From positions 7,121 through 71,120 of the forward strand of contig JAGQIK010000493.1 in assembly GCA_020431405.1 (NCBI GenBank): a stretch of DNA of 64,000 nucleotides, read 5' to 3'. Under the pieces are notes generated by a model. That model did no database searches, was not told the DNA's origin, and saw nothing but the letters and a program-made list of their open reading frames with translations. Made by a program: the position numbers and the translations under genes. Shown here in pieces: positions 57,820 to 64,000 of this stretch (the first letter of the stretch is position 1; every line of letters starts with the position of its first letter). Origin of the DNA: Myxococcales bacterium. Lineage in GTDB: Bacteria; Myxococcota_A; Polyangia; GCA-2747355.

Positions 57820-59223
57820 ATGCGCTTCGACATCGTCACCATCTTTCCCGAGATCTTCGAGTCGTTCCTGTCGACGTCGTTGATCGGCAAGGCCGTGGAG
57901 GCGGGCACCATCGAGGTCAACCTGGTCGACCCGCGCGCCTTCACCGAAGACAAACACCGCAACGTCGACGACACGCCCTACGGCGGCGGCGACGGCATGG
58001 TGCTCAAGCCCGACCCGATCGTGCGCGCGCTCGAGTCGATCAAGCCAGGCAACGCCGCGCGGGCGGCGAGCGAAGACGCCGACGATGGCGCGGCGCCGCC
58101 CGAGCCCTGGCGTGTGCTGCTCTCGCCGCAGGGCGAGCCGCTCGCGCAGCGGCACCTCGACGAGCTGCTGCGCAAACGCCACCTGGTGCTGGTTTGCGGG
58201 CGCTACGAGGGCTTCGACGAGCGCGTGCGCAGCTTCGTGCACCAGGAGATATCTCTCGGCGACTTCGTGCTCAACGGCGGCGAGGTGGCGGCGATGGCGC
58301 TGGTGGACGGGGTCGCGCGTCTCGAGCCGGGCGTGGTGGGCAACGCGCGCTCGCTCGTCTCGGAGTCGCACGCCGACGGGCTGCTCGAGTACCCGCAGTA
58401 CACGCGGCCGCGCGTCTTTCGCGATCTCGAGGTGCCGGAGGTCCTGCTCTCGGGCGACCACGAGCGCATCCACCGCTGGCGGCGGCTGCAGATGATGCTG
58501 CGCACGCGCGAGCGGCGGCCAGACCTGTGGGGCGAGTTCACGCCGAGCGGTGACGACCTCGCCGAGCTGCAGAAGGCGGGGCAGGGTGGCGCCGATGGTG
58601 GCGGCGCGGCGGCGAGCGGCGCCGGGCGCGCCGGGCTCGACCGCGACGCGACGTTGGCGCTGGCGCGGCGCACGTACATCGCGCTTTTGCACCACCCGGT
58701 CTATGACCGCGGCGGGCGCGTGGTCACCACCGCCATCACCAACCTCGACCTGCACGACATCGCGCGCAGCTCGCGCACGTTCGGCCTCGCCGGCTACTTC
58801 GTCGTCACGCCGCTGTCGAGCCAGCAGGAGCTGGCCGAGCGCATCATGTCGCACTGGAAGGAAGGCCACGGCGCCGCCTTCAACGAGAACCGGCGCGAGG
58901 CGCTGGAGCTGATCGAGGTGCTGCCAGGGCTCGAGCAGGTGGTCGCCCGCGTCGAGGAGCGACACGGCGCGCGGCCCGTCACCATCGCGACGTCGGCGGT
59001 GCGGCGCCCCAAGCAGCTCACGCGCGCGCAGGTGCGAGACTTCATGGCGCGCGAGACGCCCGTGCTGATCATGCTCGGCACCGGCTGGGGCCTCGCCACC
59101 GAGGTGCTCGACCGCGCCGACCTGCACATGACGCCCATCGAAGGTCCCACGGATTACAACCACCTATCGGTGCGCAGCGCGGCCGCGATCATCCTTGACA
59201 GATTCTTCGGCATGCGCGATTAG
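57820..59223 (+). CDS. trmD: tRNA (guanine37-N1)-methyltransferase TrmD fused to a second, C-terminal SPOUT-like domain (Methyltrn_RNA_4-like)
   Basis: TrmD part (aa 1-240): MRFDIVTIFPEIF, YGGGDGMVLKPDP, LVCGRYEGFDERV, SLGDFVLNGGEVAAMAL. Gly/Ala linker. Second domain from about nt 58672: LLHHPVYDRGGRVVTTAITNLDLHDIARSSRTFGL... Confidence 0.88.
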   Translation: MRFDIVTIFPEIFESFLSTSLIGKAVEAGTIEVNLVDPRAFTEDKHRNVDDTPYGGGDGMVLKPDPIVRALESIKPGNAARAASEDADDGAAPPEPWRVLLSPQGEPLAQRHLDELLRKRHLVLVCGRYEGFDERVRSFVHQEISLGDFVLNGGEVAAMALVDGVARLEPGVVGNARSLVSESHADGLLEYPQYTRPRVFRDLEVPEVLLSGDHERIHRWRRLQMMLRTRERRPDLWGEFTPSGDDLAELQKAGQGGADGGGAAASGAGRAGLDRDATLALARRTYIALLHHPVYDRGGRVVTTAITNLDLHDIARSSRTFGLAGYFVVTPLSSQQELAERIMSHWKEGHGAAFNENRREALELIEVLPGLEQVVARVEERHGARPVTIATSAVRRPKQLTRAQVRDFMARETPVLIMLGTGWGLATEVLDRADLHMTPIEGPTDYNHLSVRSAAAIILDRFFGMRD

Positions 59224-59281
59224 TCCTAGTCCTCAGGGGCCGCGGGTCCCGTCAACAAGTGATTTCAGTAGGTAGGGTGCC

Positions 59282-59686
59282 ATGAGCAACGTCAGGCCGA
59301 TCATTCAGGAGCTCGAGCAGCGAGCGCCTGCGCCCGATTTCCCTGACTTCCGGGTGGGAGACACGATCCGCGTCCACGTCCGCATCGTCGAGGGCGACAA
59401 GGAACGTACCCAGGTCTTCGAGGGCGTCTGCATCCGTCGCCGGCACGGCGGCAACCGCGGCACCTTCACGGTACGCAAGGTCTCCTACGGCGTTGGCGTC
59501 GAGCGAACGTTCCCGTACTTCGCGCCGCGTGTCGAGAAGGTCGAGATCCGCTCGCGCGGCCGCGTGCGCCGCGGGCGTCTCTACTACCTGCGCGATCGTC
59601 GCGGCAAGGCGGCTCGTATCCGCGAGAAGATCCGCCCGTCGGACAAGCGCAAGAAGAGAGCCGGCAAGAGCAGCGACGGCCAATAG
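59282..59686 (+). CDS. rplS: 50S ribosomal protein L19
   Basis: [35 protein letters not shown]...TFTVRK. Confidence 0.97.
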   Translation: MSNVRPIIQELEQRAPAPDFPDFRVGDTIRVHVRIVEGDKERTQVFEGVCIRRRHGGNRGTFTVRKVSYGVGVERTFPYFAPRVEKVEIRSRGRVRRGRLYYLRDRRGKAARIREKIRPSDKRKKRAGKSSDGQ

Positions 59687-59700
59687 GCCGCTGCCACCTC

Positions 59701-59732
59701 CGCCGCCTCACCGCACCGCCGCCTCACCGCAC
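59701..59732. repeat. Perfect 2 x 16-nt tandem repeat (CGCCGCCTCACCGCAC) between rplS and yraN
   Basis: Read directly from the sequence. Confidence 0.9.
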
Positions 59733-59758
59733 GGCGCCCGTCCCCACCGCCCAGCAAC

Positions 59759-60139
59759 ATGCCCGCCGACGGCCCCTCCACGCACGAGCGCGGCCGTCGC
59801 GGCGAGCAGATCGCCGTCGATCTGCTACGCCAGTCGGGCTACCGCATCGTCGAGCGCAACTATCGCTGGGCCGGCGGCGAGATCGATATCATCGCCGCCG
59901 AGGGCGACACGCTGTGCTTCGTCGAGGTGCGCACGCGCCAAGACGACGAGCGCGGTGACCCGCTCGAGACGGTCTCGGCGCACAAGCAACGCCAGATCGT
60001 GCGCGCCGCGCGCCTCTACCTCGCCGACCACGATGTCGGCGACAGCTACGTGCGCTTCGATGTGGTCGGCATCGTCTACGAGCCCGAGCCGCGCGCGGTG
60101 CTGATCCGCGGCGCCTTCGACGCGCCCAGCAACTGGTAG
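59759..60139 (+). CDS. yraN: YraN-family (UPF0102) endonuclease-like protein
   Basis: GRRGEQIAVDLLRQSGYRIVERNYRWAGGEIDIIAAEGDTLCFVEVRTR. Confidence 0.85.
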   Translation: MPADGPSTHERGRRGEQIAVDLLRQSGYRIVERNYRWAGGEIDIIAAEGDTLCFVEVRTRQDDERGDPLETVSAHKQRQIVRAARLYLADHDVGDSYVRFDVVGIVYEPEPRAVLIRGAFDAPSNW

Positions 60140-60164
60140 CGGAGCGCGCGCCTGAGCGATTGGC

Positions 60165-60181
60165 GGGCGCCTGAGGCGCCC
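60165..60181 (+). terminator. Hairpin GGGCGCC-TGA-GGCGCCC after yraN (no T-run)
   Basis: Perfect 7-bp stem 25 nt after the stop. Confidence 0.3.
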
Positions 60182-60201
60182 GGTTACCCGGAAACTAACA
60201 G

Positions 60202-60243
60202 GGCCTCAGGCCTCGGGCCTCAGGCCTGGGGTCACAGGCTTGC
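60202..60243. repeat. Six tandem heptamers (GGCCTCA-like) upstream of dusA
   Basis: GGCCTCA GGCCTCG GGCCTCA GGCCTGG GGTCACA GGCTTGC. Confidence 0.85.
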
Positions 60244-60441
60244 CCGCATGCACGTAGCACGCCTCGCAGCGCCGTTTTGCGGCGTCCCACGGGGTCCTCG
60301 ATGCGCGTGCGCGGCGCGAAGCGAGCACGACGTTTGCGTGCGCTCCCGTCCCCGTGACCCGTGGCCCGTGGCCAGCGATTGTAGAAGTGCGGGTCTCGGG
60401 CCCGCTTGCTACCGCGCAGCGCTGCTGCTATTCGTCCTGCG

Positions 60442-61560
60442 ATGAGCAGTTCCCTGACAGCGACGACGACGACGCGCCGCGGCCGACTGTGGCCGCTCTC
60501 CGTCGCGCCGATGGTCGATCGCACCGATCGGCACTACCGCACCTTCATGCGGCACATCACCCGGCGCACGCTGCTCTACACGCCGATGATCACCACCGGC
60601 GCGATCCTGCATGGCGACGCCGAGGCGCTGTTGGCGTTCGACGCGCTGGAGAAGCCGCTCGCCCTGCAGCTCGGCGGCGACGACCCCGAGGCGCTCGCCG
60701 CCTGCGCGCGTATCGCCGAGGCGCGCGGCTTCGACGAGGTCAACCTCAACGTCGGCTGCCCCTCGAGCCGCGTTCAGTCGGGCAGCTTTGGCGCCTGTTT
60801 GATGGCGCGCCCCGAGCACGTCGCCGACTGCGTCGCCGCGATGCGCGCCGCTTGCAGCCTGCCGGTAACCGTCAAGCACCGCATCGGCATCGTGCCGCAG
60901 CGGGCCCGGGCCCTTGGAGGCCGGGCCGGCGCGCTCGAGCGCTACGAAGACCTGCGCCGCTTCGTGCGCATCGTCGCCGGCGCCAACGCCGACCGTTTCA
61001 TCGTGCACGCCCGCGTCGCGATCCTCGGCGGCCTGACGCCCAAGCAGAACCGCAGCATCCCGCCGCTGCGCTACCACGACGTCTACCGCCTCGTCGCCGA
61101 GCACCCAGACCTCGCGTTCGAGATCAACGGCGGCATCTGCGACGTCGACGCCATCGACGCACAGCTCGCCGCCGGTGTCGCTGGCGTGATGATCGCCCGC
61201 GCCGCCTACGACGATCCGTATCTCTTCGCCGTCGCCGACGCGCGCTTCTTCGCTCCGCACGTGGCGCCCGCTGCGCCGCCGCGCCCCGATGTCGCGCGCG
61301 CCATGCTGCCCTACATCGAGCACTGGACCGCGCGTGGCACGCACCCCAACGCCATCACGCGGCACATGCTCGGCCTCTTCGCCGGCGTGCCCGGCGGGCG
61401 TCACTACCGTCGCGTGCTGAGCGACGCCGCTCAGCGCGGCCGCGTGACGTGCGACGACATCGAGCACGCGCTCGAGCGCACGCCCGCTGTCGAGAGCTCG
61501 TGCGACGGGAGGGCTTCAGGCGTCAGGCCTCAGGCTTCAGGGGCGTTCGCGAGCGCGTAG
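60442..61560 (+). CDS. dusA: tRNA-dihydrouridine synthase A
   Basis: LSVAPMVDRTDRHYRTFMR, LQLGGDDP, NLNVGCPS, VTVKHRIG, FIVHAR. Met at 60442 within ORF 60406..61560. The last roughly 15 codons are encoded by heptamer repeats. Confidence 0.9.
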   Translation: MSSSLTATTTTRRGRLWPLSVAPMVDRTDRHYRTFMRHITRRTLLYTPMITTGAILHGDAEALLAFDALEKPLALQLGGDDPEALAACARIAEARGFDEVNLNVGCPSSRVQSGSFGACLMARPEHVADCVAAMRAACSLPVTVKHRIGIVPQRARALGGRAGALERYEDLRRFVRIVAGANADRFIVHARVAILGGLTPKQNRSIPPLRYHDVYRLVAEHPDLAFEINGGICDVDAIDAQLAAGVAGVMIARAAYDDPYLFAVADARFFAPHVAPAAPPRPDVARAMLPYIEHWTARGTHPNAITRHMLGLFAGVPGGRHYRRVLSDAAQRGRVTCDDIEHALERTPAVESSCDGRASGVRPQASGAFASA

Positions 61561-61621
61561 CCGATTCGGTGCAGTGGGCCCGCACGCGATCCTGAAGCCT
61601 GGAGCCCGAAGCCCGAATCCC
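61512..61621. repeat. Direct (61512-61539) and inverted (61591-61621) GGCTTCA-type heptamer arrays forming a long hairpin across the dusA stop
   Basis: GGCTTCAGG (61512-61520) pairs with CCTGAAGCC (61591-61599), and further heptamers are complementary. The region lies between convergent genes. Confidence 0.8.
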
Positions 61622-61638
61622 GCGCGGCAACGCCGCGC

Positions 61639-62874
61639 CTACTGGCAGACGGTCGCCTTGCCGGGCGAGCCGTTGTCGCCCGCTGAGCCGGTCCACGGCG
61701 TCGTCTCCGCGCACCAATTGCTGAGCACGTTGTTGTCGAGCCCCGGTGACTTGAGCGCTGTCGACGAGCCCGACACGACGAACGTACCGCTGTAGTAGAC
61801 GCGGTCGACTTCGACGTTGCTGCCGTCGAGCATGATGATCTCGTCGCTGCCGTTGGCGAGCTGAAACGACGACGGATAGACGTACGCGATGTCGACGTTG
61901 CCGTTGGTGGCCTTGTTGCCGTTGAAACCGAGCACGGCGTAGCCGCCCGGCGCCACGATCACGTCGCTGGTGATGGTGAACTTGTTCTGCGCGCTGCCGG
62001 GCTGGTCTTGAATGGTGTAGTTGCGCATGTTGACCGGCGACGCCGTCGGGTTGTGAACCTCGAACCACTCGCCCACGCCGTCGGTGACGGCGCTGGGGTT
62101 GGCCATGATCTCGGTGATCACCAGCGGCCCGCTGGTGCCTGGCCCATCGGGCGAGGGGCCAGCGTCGACCGTCGAATCGCCGCTCGGCCCACCGTCGACG
62201 GTCGTGCCGGTCTTGGTGATCGTCAGCGTGTACGAGCCAAACTCGGTCGGGTCCCAGCTGTCGACGCCGATGCGATAGCTCTGCGTCGAGGTGACCTTGA
62301 GCGTGACGCGCTCGAGGTTGCCCGGCGTGATGTCGTCCGACGCGGCGATGCAGGCGCTAGCGCTGGTCGAGCACGACGAGATGACGTAGAGCGCCGGATC
62401 CCAGCTGGCGCTGAGCTTGATCTCGTAGGTGCCGGGGCTCAGCGAGATGTCGTAGAAGACGTCGTTGCCCGACGAGCCATCGACGAGCACACCACCGCAG
62501 CCGTTGAAGGGGAAGTCGAGGTGGTCAGCGGCGCAGGTGGTGGATCCGTTGACCGTCACCGAGGATCCCGTGAGCGTCAGCGTCGACGGCGAGCTGCACA
62601 CGTCGCCCGCGGGCGGCGCGCAGCCATCGGGCTTGGTCACGGAGTCGCTGAAGACCAGCAGGTCGCGACGCGCTTGGTCGGGCAGCGGGCCGCGGTCGAC
62701 GGTGGCGTCACCCGCAGCGTCCGCGGCGCCGTCGGGCGAGCCCGGTCCGTCGAGCGTAGCGTCGCGAGCACCGTCGATGCCCGTGTCGCGCTTGGTGTTG
62801 CTGTCGGGTGTGGAACCGCTATCGCCGCACGCGGCGAGCGCGAGGACCGTGAAGAACAAGGCTGCGTGCCGCAT
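61639..62874 (-). CDS. Lipoprotein with a PPC-like (pre-peptidase C-terminal) domain and a lamin-tail (LTD) domain
   Basis: MRHAALFFTVLALAAC lipobox. LTD signature LVITEIMANPSAVTDGVGEWFEVHNPT... Confidence 0.68.
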   Translation of the reverse strand: MRHAALFFTVLALAACGDSGSTPDSNTKRDTGIDGARDATLDGPGSPDGAADAAGDATVDRGPLPDQARRDLLVFSDSVTKPDGCAPPAGDVCSSPSTLTLTGSSVTVNGSTTCAADHLDFPFNGCGGVLVDGSSGNDVFYDISLSPGTYEIKLSASWDPALYVISSCSTSASACIAASDDITPGNLERVTLKVTSTQSYRIGVDSWDPTEFGSYTLTITKTGTTVDGGPSGDSTVDAGPSPDGPGTSGPLVITEIMANPSAVTDGVGEWFEVHNPTASPVNMRNYTIQDQPGSAQNKFTITSDVIVAPGGYAVLGFNGNKATNGNVDIAYVYPSSFQLANGSDEIIMLDGSNVEVDRVYYSGTFVVSGSSTALKSPGLDNNVLSNWCAETTPWTGSAGDNGSPGKATVCQ

Positions 62875-62916
62875 GAGCGCCTCGGCGAGTTGTCGTGGGA
62901 CTTGGAGCGTCGCGGG

Positions 62917-63001
62917 CTCGCGGCGCGACCGCGAGCGAAGCGAGCGACATCGGGGTGAGCCAGCCGTTAGGCTGGCGAGGGGGATGGGACATCCCCCTTA
63001 G
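62917..63001. repeat. Intergenic structured repeat, copy B (three stem-loops), abutting the stop of 63002..63445
   Basis: Hairpins at 62917-62935, 62959-62976 and 62979-62997 (loop GGGAC). Linear core GCGACCGCGAGCGAAGCGAGCGACATCGGGGTGAG. Confidence 0.8.
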
Positions 63002-63445
63002 CTAGATGTTCGGACACTTCGCCGTCTTGCCGGTGCAGTTGGTCTGCTGCGGGTCGACGTTGTTCTGCAGATTGATATCCGAACGGCACACGCACAGCTT
63101 GCAGCACTGCAGACCACCTTCGACGGTCTGACCGATGAGGCACTTGTAGCCCTCTTTGCAGGTCGGCGAGTCGTCGGGACAGTCGGAGTCGGAGTCGCAC
63201 GGCTTGGTGCAGACCGGCGACACGGTGGTCTTGAAGATCGCGTACTTCATGCAGAGGCGCGAACGACAGTCCGTCGCCTGCGTGTTGATCTGGACGTTCT
63301 GGTTTTGGTCGGTGTCGTCCGTGGCGCCGATGTCGCACGGGATGCCGACATCGTCGGGCTCGCAGCCGATGGCGGCGACGACGAGGGTGGCGGAGGCTGC
63401 GAGTGCGGCGATGACCAGGATCGCCTTATCTTTCGCGCGCTGCAT
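63002..63445 (-). CDS. Cys-rich lipoprotein, unknown function; visibly lower GC than its neighbours
   Basis: MQRAKDKAILVIAALAASATLVVAAIGC lipobox (Met34 of ORF 63002..63544). AAGGAG SD. 18 Cys in the mature part. Confidence 0.55.
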   Translation of the reverse strand: MQRAKDKAILVIAALAASATLVVAAIGCEPDDVGIPCDIGATDDTDQNQNVQINTQATDCRSRLCMKYAIFKTTVSPVCTKPCDSDSDCPDDSPTCKEGYKCLIGQTVEGGLQCCKLCVCRSDINLQNNVDPQQTNCTGKTAKCPNI

Positions 63446-63574
63446 GCGGAGATTGCTCCTTGGGAAGGTCCCACGTTTGGCCGCGACAGGTGTCTTTAAT
63501 GACGTGTGTCTCGACGCCCTACACGACCGCTCGGGCGCGAGCATCTTACACTCTGTCGCTCTCCAGTCAAGCGA

Positions 63575-63701
63575 GGTCCCACCCGGTACGCACTTGATTT
63601 TGCTTGCGTCCCTTCGAAGCGCGGTGCTACCGTGCGCAGACTTTACGTAGGGTTTGAACCCACCTTTGTGCCGTTATTGACGGACAAAAGCGGGTGGGAC
63701 C
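63575..63701. other. Long-range 11-bp inverted repeat (GGTCCCACCCG / CGGGTGGGACC) enclosing internal hairpins; possible structured RNA or regulatory region
   Basis: Arms at 63575-63585 and 63691-63701. Inner hairpin CTTTGT-g-CCGT-TATTG-ACGG-ACAAAG at 63664-63689. A third GGTCCCAC copy is at 63467-63474. Confidence 0.35.
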
Positions 63702-63758
63702 GGCGACGTCTTAACTGCCACTTCCTTTCGGATGTCGACCGAACCAACGAGGAGATCC

Positions 63759-64000
63759 ATGAGACTGAGCATTGCTGCGCTGCTCACTGCGTCGCTCGTC
63801 GCGTCCCCCGCGATGGCGCAGAAGGCAGACTTCGAGTTCGCGCCCGAGACCGTCGAGAAGAGCGGTCCGGCCTCGAAGACGATGCAGAAGGCGCTGAAGC
63901 TGTACGAGAACAAGGACTACTACAGCGCGAGCATCGAGCTGCACAAGGTCATCGAGGGCGAGACCGGCGACAGTGACGCGAACAAGCAGCGCGCTGGCTT
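63759..64000 (+). CDS. Secreted TPR-like protein, N-terminal part (3' end outside window)
   Basis: GAGGAG SD. MRLSIAALLTASLVASPAMA signal peptide. ALKLYENKDYYSASIELHKVIEG is TPR-like. The frame is open to the end of the window, so it is absent from the ORF track. Confidence 0.5.
   Translation, partial: MRLSIAALLTASLVASPAMAQKADFEFAPETVEKSGPASKTMQKALKLYENKDYYSASIELHKVIEGETGDSDANKQRAG

Noticed and set aside
60140-60441. A dusA-targeting integrative element or prophage inserted at the dusA 5' end.
   Set aside because: There are no integrase, excisionase or cargo genes. The upstream neighbour is the conserved rplS-yraN operon. Only short heptamer repeats are present.
63638-63665. tRNA-like T-arm (GGGTTTGAACCC followed by ACC).
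   Set aside because: The T-loop lacks the invariant C56 (TTTGAAC). No acceptor, D or anticodon stems could be drawn around it. I found no tRNA, rRNA or tmRNA gene in the window.

Overview
Very GC-rich chromosomal segment (GC not computed). It looks myxobacterial (Myxococcota): there is a MYXO-CTERM-type sorting tail, a TIGR02996-type 'repeat-companion' motif, many lipoproteins with Cys-rich modules, and several -24/-12 (sigma-54) promoter matches. I support about 58 protein-coding genes. I saw no rRNA, tRNA or CRISPR array, and no transposase, integrase or phage genes.

Gene content, left to right:
- glmS (3' part), a PAS/GAF hybrid histidine kinase, two small secreted paralogues, trxB, and a cNMP-binding protein.
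- A DUF1801 protein and a lipoprotein whose C-termini are encoded by perfect hexanucleotide microsatellites, an MSOX-like FAD oxidase, and small lipoproteins.
- A minus-strand operon of gspD-type secretin, acidic HEAT-like protein and EEP nuclease/phosphatase. It is divergent from a stand-alone Tae4-like peptidoglycan amidase.
- A maltoporin plus two GH13 lipoprotein amylases.
- A co-oriented pair of apparently degenerate enzymes: a GltB-like protein of 1231 aa and an isopropylmalate-dehydrogenase-like protein.
- An F0-only atp cluster (atpZ-like, atpI, atpB, atpE), then hemL and gyrA.
- A large M23 lipoprotein, a REC-GAF-HD-GYP regulator, a DUF2254 membrane protein, and a triple-repeat/beta-helix lipoprotein.
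- A TIGR02996 protein, two secreted Ig-like paralogues, coaX, and an EF-G paralogue lacking the catalytic His.
- A TlpA-like redoxin, and a surface-protein gene interrupted by an in-frame TGA exactly at the lipobox cysteine.
- rimO, and a double ABC-2 exporter with a Cys-rich lipoprotein.
- The rpsP-KH-rimM-trmD-rplS-yraN operon, where trmD is fused to a second SPOUT domain.
- dusA flanked by heptamer repeats, an LTD/PPC lipoprotein, a Cys-rich lipoprotein, and a partial TPR-like gene.

Best candidates for something undescribed:
1. The divergent secretin/HEAT/EEP and Tae4-like amidase locus, which has a sigma-54 promoter and no immunity gene or secretion-system context.
2. The GltB-like plus IPMDH-like pseudoenzyme pair.
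3. A set of sigma-54-type promoters facing exported or lytic proteins.
4. A structured intergenic repeat family with compensatory stem changes.

All functional calls come from reading motifs by eye. No database search was run.
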